Counted from the stretch's first letter, positions 6,973 through 17,768 are shown. The stretch is 64,000 bases of DNA from Bryobacterales bacterium (GCA_965214915.1 CBDCCP010000003.1:283081-347080), one strand, 5' to 3'. Program-made: numbers and translations. Notes: a model not told the origin generated them from the sequence alone.

Positions 6973-8778
6973 GTGCGCCATTCGAAAACGACTCATGTCC
7001 AGCGCCCGCGCCGCGCTTGGACGCTTGCGGCGGCCTTGCTCGGCGCATTGGCCGCATGCGCCCCGCAGCCGGCGGTCGACGCGTCGCGTCCGAACGTGAT
7101 CGTTATTCTCACCGACGACCAAGGCTACGGAGACCTGTCGGTCCACGGCAACCCGATCCTGAAGACCCCCAACCTGGACCGGCTCCATGCCGAGAGCGTG
7201 CGGCTGACCGATTTCCATGTCGCGCCGGTCTGCACGCCGACCCGCGGTGAGTTGATGACCGGCCTGTACGCCCTGCGCAACAAGGCCGGCATGGTGCCGG
7301 CGGGGCGCAATCTGATGCGGCGCGACGTGCAGACCATGCCGGAAATTTTCGCCGCGAACGGATACTCCACCGGACTCTTCGGCAAGTGGCACCTCGGCGA
7401 CACCTACCCGCATCGGCCCCTGGACCGCGGTTTCCAGAGCGCCGTATGGCACAAGGGGTGGGGGCTGGCCTCGGAGATCGAGTACGACAACGACTATCAC
7501 TACACGCGCTACATAGACCAGGAAGAAATCCGCTATTCGGACCGTTTCTGCGCCAATCTCTGGTTCGACCAGGCGATGGAATGGATGGGCCGGCAGGCCG
7601 CAGCCGAGCGGCCGTTCTTCGCCTACCTCTCCTTGAACACTCCCCATTATCCGTTCGACGCCATCCCCCGCGATTTTTCGCTCTACCGGAACGCGGTCGA
7701 GGACCCCCTGGTGGCGCACTTCCTGGCCTTGATCCACAACATCGACGAAAACTTCGCGCGCCTCGACAACTGGCTGGCGGAGAAGGGCCTCAAAGACAAT
7801 ACGCTGCTCATCCTCATGAACGACAACGGCACGGCCAACGGCGAAACGGTGTTCAATGCCGGCATGCGCGGCAAGAAGGGCAGCCCCTACGAAGGCGGGC
7901 ACCGCGCCATCTGCTTCATCCGCTGGCCGGACGGCGGCTTGGGCGCGCCGCGCGACATCGGTTACGCGGCGCACGTTACGGACATCCTGCCCACCCTGGC
8001 CGACTTGGTCGGCTTCGACAACTCGGACCTGCCCGAGTTCGACGGGGCGAGCCTGAAGCAAGTCCTGCAAGCGAACGACGCGAGCGGCCCGGACCGCAAG
8101 ATCGTCGTGCAGTACGGCGGCCGCATTCGTCCGGCGAAATACGCCGAAAGCAGCGTGATCTGGAACCAATGGAGACTGGTCGGCGAAAGCGAGCTTTACG
8201 ACATCGGCAAGGACCCCGGCCAACGGACCGACGTGGCGGACCGGCATCCTGAAGTCGTCAAGGCCATGCAAGAGCGCTATGAACAGTACTGGGCTTCGAT
8301 CGCGGCGTCGATCGAGGAGGTCGAGCCGCTGATCGTGCGCGGCGACCCCGACGTTTTCACCGACCTGACGTCCAACAGTTGGATCGAGGTCGATTGCGAC
8401 AACCGCACTCGCACGGCGGAGGCTTGCGGGCCGCCGCGCGGCGGCGTGTGGCAAGTCGAAGTGGAGCAAGACGGAGAGTATGCGCTCGCGTTGAGCCGCT
8501 GGCCGTTCCACTTGGAGCGCGACCTGACCGTGCAAGGCCCGCCTGCCACGATCGGCGGCAGAGCGATAGCCGTCGGCAAGGCGCTGCCGATCGCCTCGGC
8601 GCAATTGAGCGTGAACGGCGCGGCGCCCGTCAGCGAGCAATCCGCCGCGGGCGCCACTTCTATCGCTTTCAATATCCGGCTCAAGAGCGGACGCAACACG
8701 CTGCAAGGCTGGTTCCAAGATCGTTCCGGCCGGGACTTGGCGGGCGCCTACTACGGCAGGATCCGCGCCGAACGCTGA
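6973..8778 (+). CDS. Cys-type sulfatase (arylsulfatase family), lipoprotein signal, C-terminal extra domain
   Basis: Lies in ORF 6865..8778(+). Start taken at GTG 6973, preceded by AAGGAGGA 7 nt upstream. Signal and lipobox: RRAWTLAAALLGALAAC. Contains NVIVILTDDQGYGD, VCTPTRGELMTG (C-x-P-x-R), FGKWHLG and LMNDNG. Confidence 0.9.
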   Translation: MRHSKTTHVQRPRRAWTLAAALLGALAACAPQPAVDASRPNVIVILTDDQGYGDLSVHGNPILKTPNLDRLHAESVRLTDFHVAPVCTPTRGELMTGLYALRNKAGMVPAGRNLMRRDVQTMPEIFAANGYSTGLFGKWHLGDTYPHRPLDRGFQSAVWHKGWGLASEIEYDNDYHYTRYIDQEEIRYSDRFCANLWFDQAMEWMGRQAAAERPFFAYLSLNTPHYPFDAIPRDFSLYRNAVEDPLVAHFLALIHNIDENFARLDNWLAEKGLKDNTLLILMNDNGTANGETVFNAGMRGKKGSPYEGGHRAICFIRWPDGGLGAPRDIGYAAHVTDILPTLADLVGFDNSDLPEFDGASLKQVLQANDASGPDRKIVVQYGGRIRPAKYAESSVIWNQWRLVGESELYDIGKDPGQRTDVADRHPEVVKAMQERYEQYWASIAASIEEVEPLIVRGDPDVFTDLTSNSWIEVDCDNRTRTAEACGPPRGGVWQVEVEQDGEYALALSRWPFHLERDLTVQGPPATIGGRAIAVGKALPIASAQLSVNGAAPVSEQSAAGATSIAFNIRLKSGRNTLQGWFQDRSGRDLAGAYYGRIRAER

Positions 8779-8916
8779 GGGCGGCCGGCGTAAGCGGACA
8801 GTTGGTTTGGGATAGTCGGTCTTTGGGTTTGCGGCGGGTTGCGGCGCTCGGTCGCTTTTGCGTGGCCCCGTTGAGCGGCCGCGCCACTGGAAACCGCCAT
8901 GCGGCTCGGTTCTCTT

Positions 8917-9279
8917 TTACCTTTTCAGACCGGCCAGGGCTGAGCGCAGAAAACCGTCGGGAAGCTTGTCGGCCGTGGAATACCGCGCCCGGCGATGGTC
9001 TCCGTTCATGTTGACCAGACACAGCGCGCCTCCATCCGAAGCGCAAAACAGCAGAACCGATCTTCCGCGCCCGTCTGGCGCGTCAATCGCGATCTCGCCG
9101 TCCGGCGTCGGATACGCCTCGAACCGGCGGGGAGCGATTGCGTACAGATCTTTCAACAGGCGCCCGGCGTTCGCCAGCGCAATATCGGCCGGCGGCGGGA
9201 ATCCCTCTTCGCGCGCCTCGATCTTCACTTCCTCAAGATCGCGCAAGGCTTCGTTCAGCAACGGATGCCGGCCTTCCAT
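8917..9279 (-). CDS. Hypothetical 120-aa protein, paralog copy 2; last gene of the efflux operon
   Basis: ATG ORF MEGRHPLLNEALRDLEEVKIEAREEGFPPPADIALANAGRLLKDLYAIAPRRFEAYPTPDGEIAIDAPDGRGRSVLLFCASDGGALCLVNMNGDHRRARYSTADKLPDGFLRSALAGLKR. It starts 12 nt after the RND stop. Confidence 0.65.
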   Translation of the reverse strand: MEGRHPLLNEALRDLEEVKIEAREEGFPPPADIALANAGRLLKDLYAIAPRRFEAYPTPDGEIAIDAPDGRGRSVLLFCASDGGALCLVNMNGDHRRARYSTADKLPDGFLRSALAGLKR

Positions 9280-9291
9280 GAGACAAATCTC

Positions 9292-12200
9292 CTAATCCCC
9301 GGCCGCGCGCTGCCGCTGCAGCGCCGGCTCCGGCATGCCGGGCGCTTCAGCTTTGCGTCCGCCGTACAACCAGCGGAAGAACCCGCGGACATCCTCGAGA
9401 ATCAGATAGCTCGCCGGCACCAGCACCAGCGTGATCAGCGTCGCGAAGAGCACGCCGGAGGCCAGCGCGACCGCCATGGGAATCATGAACTGCGCTTGCA
9501 GGCTTTTCTCCAGGATCAATGGCGTGACCCCGGCCGCGGTCGTCAGCGAAGTCAGCAGGATCGGCCGGAAACGCGCTACGCCGGCGGCGCGCACGGCTTC
9601 GCTCAGGGAACCGAAACGGCTCGCATAGGCATTGATGAAGTTCACCAGCACCAACCCGTCGTTGACCACCACGCCGGCCAGCGCGACCATGCCGCACATC
9701 GACAGGAAGCTCACGGGCATGCCAAAAAGCAGGTGCCCCCAAATCGCGCCGACCATGCCGAAAGGCACCGCGCCCAGAACGATCAACGGCTGGATGTAGC
9801 TCTTCAAGGGAATCGCCAACAGCGCGAACATGACGAACATCGCCGCTCCGAAGCCTTTATTCAGCCCCTCCATCGATTCGGCGAAGTCGGCTTCGTCCCC
9901 TTCGAAGCTGTAGCGGATATCCGGGTACTGCGCCATGAGTTGCGGGAGGAAGCCCGTATCCAGACTCTCGATGACTTGGCCGCCCGTCACGATGGATTCA
10001 TCGACTTCGGCTTGGACATTGATCGCGCGGTTGCGGTCGACGCGGGTGATCGTGGCGAATCCGCGCCCCATGCCGGCGGAGGCGACGGTGGAAAACGGCG
10101 CCTCGTCGCCGTTGGGCGTGCGGATGCGCATCCGCTCGAGATCTCCGAGCGAGCGGCGCGCCTGCTCCGGGTAGCGCACCATGACGCGGATATCGTCGCG
10201 GCCGCGCTGGATGCGCTGCGCCTCTTCGCCGAAGAACCCCTGCCGGACTTGGCGTCCGAGGTCCTGCAAGGTCAAGCCCAGCGCTTCGCCCCCGGAAGTG
10301 ATGGCCAGCTTGATCTCGGGCTTGCCGCCGCGGAAAGAGTCGGTGATATCGACGACGCCCGGGTATTCGGCCAATTTCGCTTTGATCAGGCCGGCAACCT
10401 CCTGCACGCGGCCAAGATCGCGGCCGGTCAACTGGATGTCGATCGCCTTGCCCCCGCCGATCAGGTCCGAAGTGATGCTCAACTCCACCGCGCCGGGAAC
10501 CTGGCCGACCTTGCGGCGCCAGCGCTCGGCGATCTCGGCCGCCGTGATGGTGCGGGTCTCCGACGGCGCCAGCTCGATATTGACCTCCCCCAGATGGGAG
10601 CCGGTATAACTTGCGCCGCCCGCCCCCGGGCCGCTCTGGACGATGCGGAAAGGGTGCTCGCCGACCGACGCCAGGATGTGCCTGAACTCGTCCCGCCCGC
10701 GCTCGGTCTTGAGCTCCTCGCGAAGCTCGGTCGCCGCGCGCTCGATCTGGGCGACGCCCGCGGCCGTGGTCTCGGCCGCCGCCTCCTGCGGCATGGTCAG
10801 AAAGGCGACCGTATTGTCGGATTCGACTATCGGGAAAAGCACCAGCTTGACGATGCCGCCGCCGATCAGGCCGACGGTCACCAGCACCGCAGTCAGAGCC
10901 AGCGAGAGCGTCGCGTAGCGCCATTCGAGCGCCGCTTCGAGCGAAGGCCGGTAAACACGCTGAATGAACCACTCCAGGCCGTTGGAGAAGAAATCGAAGA
11001 ATCCGTTCCAGACCCGAATCAGGATGTTCGGGTTCTCGCGTTTCTTTTTCTCGCGGTAATGCGCGAGGTGCGCCGGCAGGACGAGCTTCGACTCGACCAG
11101 CGAAAAGAACAACGTGGGCAGAACGATCAGCGGGAAGACGCGCATGATCTTGCCCATCATTCCCGACACGAAAAGCATCGGAGAAAAGGCGGCCATCGTC
11201 GTCAGCACGCCGAAAACGACCGGAACGGCAACCTCCCGGGCGCCTCGAATCGCCGCGTTCAACCCTTCTTTTTCGCGCTCTTGGGTGGTGAAGATATTTT
11301 CGCCGACAACGATCGCGTCATCGACCACGATGCCGAGCACGAGGATGAACGAAAACAGCGACATCATGTTGATCGACACGTCGAACACGGGCATCGCCGC
11401 CAGCGCGCCCGAGGAACGAGATCGGGATGCCGATCGTGACCCAGAGGGCCAATCGCAGCCGCAAGAAAAGCGCCAGGAAAACGAACACCAACAGCAATCC
11501 GCCGACGGCGTTCTTGATCAGCAAGTTCATGCGGCCCCGCAGTATCCGGGCGTTGTCTTGCCAGGTCGTCAAGGTAATGCCGCTCGGCACCGACGAGCGG
11601 GCTTGCTCGACATAGCGGTACACGGCGTCGGCGACTTCGATCGCGCTCTGATCGCCGACGCGGAACACCTGAACCATAACCGTCGGCTCGCCGTCCATTT
11701 TTGCGGACTGATCCGTATCCTCGAATCCGTCGACGACTTGCGCGACGTCGCGAAGGAGGATCTTGGTTCCGTCGGGGCGGGTGACCAGCGGCAACGTCTC
11801 GTACTCGAGTCCGGTGTACGCCTGTCCTTTGGTGCGCAAGAGAATTTCGCCGGTCTCGGTCTCGACCGAGCCTCCGGGCAAATCGACGGAGGAGCGGCGC
11901 ACGGCGTTGGCCACGGCGTCGAATGTCAGCCCCCAGCGGCGCAGCGCCTCCTCCGAAACCTCGATCGAAATCTCGTAGGGCGGGGCGTTCGACAACTCGG
12001 CCTGCGATATTTCGGGCAGCGCGGTCAGATCGTCGCGCACTCGCTCTCCAAGGCGCTTGAGCGTCAGGCGGTCGGCATCGCCGGAAATCGAAATGTTGAT
12101 CACTTGATACCGCGAGGTGACCTCTTGCGTGACCGGGCGCTCGGTTTCTTCGGGAAAAGTGTCGATCGCATCGACGCGCGCCTTGATGTCTTCGAGCACT

Positions 12201-12511
12201 TCGCGGATGTCGTATTCCGGCAGGATTTCAATACGCACGCTCCCCCTGCCCTCATTGGCGGTCGAAGTCATCTTCTTGATGCCGTCGATGCCTTGAACGG
12301 CTTCCTCGATGCGCACGCAGACCGCTTCTTCGACTTCTTCCGGCGCGGCGCCGCGGTAAACGACCTCGACCGTGACCATGTCGAGCGAGATTTCCGGAAA
12401 AACCTCTTTCTTGAGGTCGGTGAGCGTGATCGCCCCGGCAGCGACGATCACGAACATCGTCAAGTTGGCGACGACGGGATTGCGGGCGAACCAGGAGATG
12501 AGAGAATTCAT
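9292..12511 (-). pseudogene. RND efflux permease (AcrB/HAE1-like) split by a single-base frameshift near 11408-11410
   Basis: ORF 11318..12511(-) carries the N-terminal ~370 aa (MNSLISWFARNPVVANL...ALWVTIGIPISFLG, then out of frame). ORF 9292..11394(-) carries the remainder (MPVFDVSINMMSLFSFILVLGIVVDDAIVVGENIF...). Removing one G from GGG (plus-strand ccc 11408-11410) gives the continuous reading ...ISFLGALAAMPVFDVS... Confidence 0.85.
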
Positions 12512-13689
12512 GACTGCTCGCTTTCCCCGACGCGGACTTTCATTCCGTTAACGGCGGCTTCGATATTCGAGACGCAGACCCGGTCGCCGGGTTCGAGTCC
12601 GCCGCGCACCAACGCCTGGTCGCGGTCGAGGCGGAAAATATCGACCTCGCGGAAGTAGAGGCGGTTTGTGCTATCGACGATCAAGACCCGGGAGTCGCCG
12701 CGCAGCGCCGTCCGCGGCAGCCGCACGACATTATGCACCCGGCGGCCGTCGATCTCTGCTTCGACGAACATGCCGACAGCCAACGGCGGCCGGCGCGCAT
12801 CGCGTCCGGGAGCGTAGGGGTCTTCGACCTGGGCGATGGCGTTGACCATGCGCGTCGCCGGATCGATTTCGCCTTCGGTGCGCACGATGCGGCCGCGCCA
12901 TTGGTGTTCGCGCCCGGCGAACTGCGCGGTCAAAGTAACAGCCGGCCCGCGAGCGCTTTCGGCGCCGCCGCGGTAGGCCAGAGGCAGGTTGACAAACTCG
13001 AGCTCGGCATCGGGAATGGGCAGTTTCACTTCGGCGAGATCGACGGAATAGAGCGTCGCCGCCGGGGCGCCGCGCTGCACGAATTGACCGACGTCAACCT
13101 GCTTCGAGCGGACGCGGCCGGCGTACGGCGCGCGAACGACCGTCCGCTCGAGGTCGAACTTCGCCTGGTCCAAGGCTGCTTCGGCCGAGGCGAGCGCCGC
13201 CAGGGCTTCGGCGATCTGCGGCTCGCGCACGACGAGCGGATTCGGCTCCCCTTGGCCCAAAGCCTGCCACTCTTTGCGCGCCACTTCGGCTTCTTGACGC
13301 TCGGTCGCCAGACGCAATTTTGCTTGCGCAATGGCGGCATGGGCGCGGATGACCGCCAAGTCGTATTCGCGGGCTTCGATCTTGAGCAAGACCTCGCCTT
13401 CCTCGAAAAACCCGCCGGCGGCGAGCGAGGGCGAAACTTCCACAACGCGGCCGGCGACCTCGGGGACGAGCTGCGATTCGGTTCGCGGCGCCACCGTGCC
13501 CTCGGCGCGCACTTTCAAGGCGACCGTCTCCGGCTCGACTTCGATGACGCGAACCAGCAGCGGGGGAATCTCAACCGGTTTGGTTTCCGGCTCCTCGCGG
13601 GCCTCGATCATGGCCACGGTCGCAAAGACGCCGATGCCCAGCACGGCCAGCGGAAGAACAATCATCAGAATGCGGCGTAAAACTTGCAT
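12508..13689 (-). CDS. RND efflux periplasmic adaptor (membrane fusion protein, HlyD family)
   Basis: 393-aa ORF with an N-terminal TM helix, a coiled-coil region (AQAKLRLATERQEAEVARKEW... LDQAKFDLERTVVRAPYAGRV) and beta-barrel motifs. ATGA overlap with the RND start. Confidence 0.88.
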   Translation of the reverse strand: MQVLRRILMIVLPLAVLGIGVFATVAMIEAREEPETKPVEIPPLLVRVIEVEPETVALKVRAEGTVAPRTESQLVPEVAGRVVEVSPSLAAGGFFEEGEVLLKIEAREYDLAVIRAHAAIAQAKLRLATERQEAEVARKEWQALGQGEPNPLVVREPQIAEALAALASAEAALDQAKFDLERTVVRAPYAGRVRSKQVDVGQFVQRGAPAATLYSVDLAEVKLPIPDAELEFVNLPLAYRGGAESARGPAVTLTAQFAGREHQWRGRIVRTEGEIDPATRMVNAIAQVEDPYAPGRDARRPPLAVGMFVEAEIDGRRVHNVVRLPRTALRGDSRVLIVDSTNRLYFREVDIFRLDRDQALVRGGLEPGDRVCVSNIEAAVNGMKVRVGESEQS

Positions 13690-13698
13690 GACAATCCG

Positions 13699-15141
13699 TT
13701 ATTCGGCAGCAATATCCGCGCCGGACGCCGCTGCCGGAGGCGCCGCGGCGAATCCGCCGCCCAAGGCAAGGTGCAAATCGACTCGATTGTCGAGACGGGC
13801 GCGCCTGACGTTTAACAAGGCGCTCTCCGAATCGAGAGCCGTGCGTTGCGCGGAAAGCACGGTAATGATGTCGGACAGGCCCGCGCGGTAACGCTGCTCG
13901 GCCAGGTCGCGCGCGGCCAGAGCGTTGCGGGTCGCCGATTCGAGGGCTTGCTCCCGCTCGGCCAAGACCGATTCGGCGGCCAGGGCCGTTTCAACCTCGC
14001 GGTAGGCCGTAAGGATGCGGCTTTCGTAATTCGCCGCGGCTTCCATCGCCCGCGCCTCGTTCGCGCGCACGCCGGCTTTGAGCCGGCCGTTGTTGAAAAC
14101 CGGCATGACTATGCTTGTGACGTAGTTCCAAACCTGGACGTTGGGATTCACCAGATCGGCGAGTTTGTTGCTGGCCGTGCCCAGCCCCGAGGTCAAGGCG
14201 AAACTCGGGCGCAGCGCGGCCTGCGCCTCGACAATGCGGGCGTCCGCCGCCAGCAAAGCGCGCTCGGCGGCGATCAGGTCGGGTCTGCGGTGGACCAACT
14301 CGGACGGCAGCCCTGCCGGAATCCGCCGCGGAACCTCAGGCAGGTCTTCCGCCAAGGCGTGCTCCCCCGCCGGGTATCGGCCCGCAAGCGTCTCCAACTG
14401 CCGCACGAAAGCGTCGCGCTGCTGTTCGCGCTGCTTCGCCAGCGCCTGCGCGCGGTCGATTTCGCTCAACGCCAAACGCAGATCGAGCGAAGGGCGGATG
14501 CCCGCGCGGTAACGAGCCCGCACGCGTTCGGCGGAAGTTTCGTAACTGGACAGGGACGCCTTGGCGATGCCGACTTGACGCTCGGCTTCGATTGCCGCGA
14601 ACCAGGCTTTGGCCGTCTGACCGGTCAGCGACAGCCGAGCGCCCGCGAGATCCGCCTGGCGGCTTTCCAGATTGGCCGCCGCGGCGAGCTTGCCGGCCTC
14701 GATGCGGCTCCAGACATCGGCCTCCCAAGCCAGATTCAACGACAATCCCGTGTTCGTGTTGGTAGCGCTCAGAACTTTGCCGGCAAGACCCGGAAAAGGC
14801 AATCCCACAAAATTCTGGCGCTGGCGGGAGCGGTTGACGCCCAGGCTCAGCTCGGGCAGACCGGCGGCGGAGGCGATGTGCGCCTCTTGGCGCGCCGCTT
14901 CGATGCGCGCCGCCGCGGCGCGGAGATCGGAATTCCTGGTCAACGCCTCGCCGATCGCGAGGTCGAGCCCGCGGTCGCCGAAATAGGCCCACCAGTCGGT
15001 GTCCGCGGCGGCCGCTTCGACCGCAGCGCTCTTCCAGGCCCGCGGGGCCTCGACCGTGAACTGCCGCGCCGGACGCTGGATCGGTTTCGAGCATCCCAGG
15101 AAAAGAACGGCCGCGGCCGCCGGGATTGCGTAGGCTCTCAT
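13699..15141 (-). CDS. Efflux outer-membrane factor lipoprotein (NodT/OprM family)
   Basis: Internal ATG 15141 of ORF 13699..15810(-). MRAYAIPAAAAVLFLGCSKP carries a lipobox. Contains WWAYFGD..LDLAIGEAL..N.DLRAAAARIEAARQ and a duplicated OEP repeat. ATGA overlap with the tetR stop. Confidence 0.88.
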   Translation of the reverse strand: MRAYAIPAAAAVLFLGCSKPIQRPARQFTVEAPRAWKSAAVEAAAADTDWWAYFGDRGLDLAIGEALTRNSDLRAAAARIEAARQEAHIASAAGLPELSLGVNRSRQRQNFVGLPFPGLAGKVLSATNTNTGLSLNLAWEADVWSRIEAGKLAAAANLESRQADLAGARLSLTGQTAKAWFAAIEAERQVGIAKASLSSYETSAERVRARYRAGIRPSLDLRLALSEIDRAQALAKQREQQRDAFVRQLETLAGRYPAGEHALAEDLPEVPRRIPAGLPSELVHRRPDLIAAERALLAADARIVEAQAALRPSFALTSGLGTASNKLADLVNPNVQVWNYVTSIVMPVFNNGRLKAGVRANEARAMEAAANYESRILTAYREVETALAAESVLAEREQALESATRNALAARDLAEQRYRAGLSDIITVLSAQRTALDSESALLNVRRARLDNRVDLHLALGGGFAAAPPAAASGADIAAE

Positions 15142-15791
15142 CGAACTCCCCCGCCGGAGCCGTTCGACGCCGGGGCGTTCATTCCCGCGGAAGCAAAGCG
15201 CACCATGGCGTCGATTGTTTCCTCCACATGGGTGGGATCGCAAAGTCCATGAGTCCAGCGGCGAATGCGGTCGCTGTCCATCATCGTATGCACCATCGCG
15301 CCGACCGCGAAGTGGACCCGCCAGCGCAGTTCCTTTTCGGGCAGGTGCGGCGCCGCGCGCTTGAACGCGCGGTCCATGCGCTGCACAAGCTCGGCGAACT
15401 CTTCCTCGAATACGGCTTCGAGGTAATCCGCCGGTTCGGCGTAAAAACGGCCGCAGAGGCGCATGAACCGCCGCCCCCGCCGCGGATCTTGCGACAGTTG
15501 AATCGCCGGCGCAAACATCGCGTAAAGGATGCGCTCGACCCTCAACGGCCCATCGCCGGCCTCGCTCTCGGCCGCGTCGAGCAGGGCGATCCTTTCGCGG
15601 TTGACCGCGGCGATGCGGCGCACGAACACGGCCTTGACCAAGGCCTCTTTCGAGCCGAAATGATAGTGGACGGACGCCAGGTTGACGGCGGCCGCCTGCG
15701 TGATAGCGCGCAGAGATACGCCGTCGATGCCTTGCTCGGCAAGGAGATCCTCGGCTGTGTCGAGAATTTGCTCTTTGGTAGCGGCGGCCAT
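15138..15791 (-). CDS. TetR/AcrR-family transcriptional regulator
   Basis: 217-aa ORF. The N-terminal HTH is KEQILDTAEDLLAEQGIDGVSLRAITQAAAVNLASVHYHFGSKEALV. First gene of the efflux operon. Confidence 0.9.
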   Translation of the reverse strand: MAAATKEQILDTAEDLLAEQGIDGVSLRAITQAAAVNLASVHYHFGSKEALVKAVFVRRIAAVNRERIALLDAAESEAGDGPLRVERILYAMFAPAIQLSQDPRRGRRFMRLCGRFYAEPADYLEAVFEEEFAELVQRMDRAFKRAAPHLPEKELRWRVHFAVGAMVHTMMDSDRIRRWTHGLCDPTHVEETIDAMVRFASAGMNAPASNGSGGGVR

Positions 15792-15806
15792 CGGAGTCGA
15801 TCTCAG

Positions 15807-15822
15807 TCAAACGTATGTTTGA
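15807..15822. promoter_or_regulatory. Imperfect 16-bp palindrome TCAAACGTATGTTTGA, candidate TetR operator
   Basis: 7 of 8 positions are symmetric. It lies 16 nt upstream of the tetR start in an A/T-rich divergent intergenic region. Confidence 0.3.
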
Positions 15823-15973
15823 ATTTTATGCCCGAAACCGGAAAAGGTCAAGCTTGGAAGTAAAAAAAGTAAAAACTGCGCGAGCGGTTCCGTTGCCTTC
15901 GTTTGAGTAAAATAGAATCTGCAAGTTGCTCCCTTCCCATTCAAACTCTCAAAGGAGACATGGAGGTACTCAC

Positions 15974-16336
15974 ATGATTCGAATTTTGCTCATGATTCCG
16001 CTGATTTGCTTCGCCTTCGGTTGCGACGGCGCGCCTGAAGAGATGGCCGAAGAACCGGCGGCGGAAGCGTCCGCCGCGACAAGCGCCATGACCTACGTGG
16101 GCTGGCTGGCCGACGCGAAGTGCGCGAATGCAGGCAAGGCGGCGACCGACGATCACGCCGGCTGCGCGCAGAAGTGCATTGAGGGCGGCGAGGCCATCGT
16201 GCTCGTGGCCGAAGAAGGCGGCAAGGTTTATATGCTTGACGACCAGGAAGCCGCGAAGCCCCATGCAGGGCATAAGGTGACCGTGGCCGGCATGCTCGAC
16301 GGCGATACCATTGCTGTCGAGTCGATCTCGATGTAG
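15974..16336 (+). CDS. Small Cys-containing lipoprotein, function unknown
   Basis: Internal ATG 15974 of ORF 15926..16336, with GGAGGT 6 nt upstream. MIRILLMIPLICFAFGCDG carries a lipobox. Later: CANAGK...HAGCAQKCIEGG. Confidence 0.6.
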   Translation: MIRILLMIPLICFAFGCDGAPEEMAEEPAAEASAATSAMTYVGWLADAKCANAGKAATDDHAGCAQKCIEGGEAIVLVAEEGGKVYMLDDQEAAKPHAGHKVTVAGMLDGDTIAVESISM

Positions 16337-16344
16337 CGTAGCCG

Positions 16345-17736
16345 TTAGAAGTGGATCGCTCGGCCGTCCAGATCGAGGGCGGCTTCTTTGAGCGTTTCGG
16401 CCAGTGTCGGGTGTGCGTGGCTCGCACGCGCCACGTCCTCCGCGCTCGCTCCGAATTCGATTGCGGCGGCGGCTTCGGCGATGAGGTCGCCGGCCCGCGG
16501 GCCGACGATGTGTACGCCGAGCAGGCGGTCGGTCTCGGCGTCGGCGAGCATTTTCACGAAGCCGTCCACGGCGCCCAGCGCACGCGCGCGGCCGCTGGCG
16601 CGGAAGGGGAATTTGCCCTTGCGGAAGGCGGCTCCGACGGCTGTGAGTTGCTCTTCGGTCTTGCCGACGGCGGCGACTTCCGGGTGGGTATAGCAGACTC
16701 CCGGGATGGCGTCGTAATTGACATGGCCGTAGCCGGTAACGATGCGTTCGACGCAGGCGATGCCTTCTTCCGCGGCTTTGTGCGCCAGCATCGGGCCGGC
16801 GATGACGTCTCCGATGGCGAATACCCCCGGCGCGGACGTCTCGTAACGGTCGTTGACCGGGATGCGGCCTTTCGAGTCGGCAGCGATGCCCAGAGCTTCC
16901 AGTCCCAGCCCGGCGGTATTGGGCCTGCGGCCGACCGCTACCAGAACGCGGTCGCCGGTCAGCGGCTCTGCGCCGTCGATGGCGACGATGCAGCGGGATC
17001 CTTCGACCCGCGCGCCGGTTACGCGGGCGCCGAGCCGGAAGCGAAGCCCCTGCCGGGCGAAGAGCTTGTGGGCTTCGGCGGCGATCTCGGCGTCCATTCC
17101 GGGCAAGATGCGGTCGAGATACTCGACCACAGTGACGCGGGCGCCCAGTCTGCGCCAGACGGAACCCATCTCGAGGCCGATGTAGCCTGCGCCGATCACG
17201 ATCAGGCGATCGGGCACGGCGGGGTAGGCCAGCGCTTCGGTTGACGTGCCGATGCGGCCGCCGTCGAGCTCGACTCCGGGCAGGGAGGCGGTTTCGCTGC
17301 CGGTGGCGATGACGATGCGCTCCGCTTCGACCGCGGTCGATCTTCCGGCGGCGTCGATGACTACTCGGCCCGGCGCTTGCAAGCGCGCATGGCCCTCATA
17401 GCGCGTGATCTTGTTCTTGCGGAACAGCGAGGCCACGCCGCTGGTGAGAGTTTTGACTACGCGGTCTTTCCGCGCAAGCATTTTCTGGAGATCGAGCGCG
17501 ACGCCGGACAGGTTGACTCCGTGTACGCCGAGACCGCTTTTCGCCTGTTCGTACTGCTCGCTCGACTCGAGCAGGGCCTTGCTCGGAATGCAGCCGACGC
17601 GCAGGCAGACGCCGCCAAGCTCCTTGACCTTTTCGACGCAGGCCGTATCGAGGCCGAGTTGCGCCGCGCGGATGGCCGCGACGTAGCCGCCGGGGCCGGC
17701 GCCGATTACGAGCAAGTCATGTTTTGCGTCCGGCAT
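16345..17736 (-). CDS. lpdA: Dihydrolipoyl dehydrogenase (E3)
   Basis: Internal ATG 17736 of ORF 16345..18189(-). Contains HDLLVIGAGPGGYVAAIRAAQLG, the redox disulfide GGVCLRVGCIPSK, VIGAGYIGLE, and HAHPTLAE at the C-terminus. Confidence 0.93.
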   Translation of the reverse strand: MPDAKHDLLVIGAGPGGYVAAIRAAQLGLDTACVEKVKELGGVCLRVGCIPSKALLESSEQYEQAKSGLGVHGVNLSGVALDLQKMLARKDRVVKTLTSGVASLFRKNKITRYEGHARLQAPGRVVIDAAGRSTAVEAERIVIATGSETASLPGVELDGGRIGTSTEALAYPAVPDRLIVIGAGYIGLEMGSVWRRLGARVTVVEYLDRILPGMDAEIAAEAHKLFARQGLRFRLGARVTGARVEGSRCIVAIDGAEPLTGDRVLVAVGRRPNTAGLGLEALGIAADSKGRIPVNDRYETSAPGVFAIGDVIAGPMLAHKAAEEGIACVERIVTGYGHVNYDAIPGVCYTHPEVAAVGKTEEQLTAVGAAFRKGKFPFRASGRARALGAVDGFVKMLADAETDRLLGVHIVGPRAGDLIAEAAAAIEFGASAEDVARASHAHPTLAETLKEAALDLDGRAIHF

Positions 17737-17768
17737 GGGATTGCTTGTCCGCGAGGCGTTGTTTTCAG

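Noticed and set aside
6637-8718. 693-aa ORF on the minus strand
   Set aside because: It lies entirely antisense to the sulfatase at 6973..8778, which has clear family motifs. Its composition is Arg/Ala/Gly/Val-rich with no recognisable motif, the typical shadow ORF of a high-GC gene.
8995-11439. 814-aa ORF on the plus strand
   Set aside because: It is antisense to the RND permease. It is Arg/His/Asp-rich and low in complexity, with no motif.
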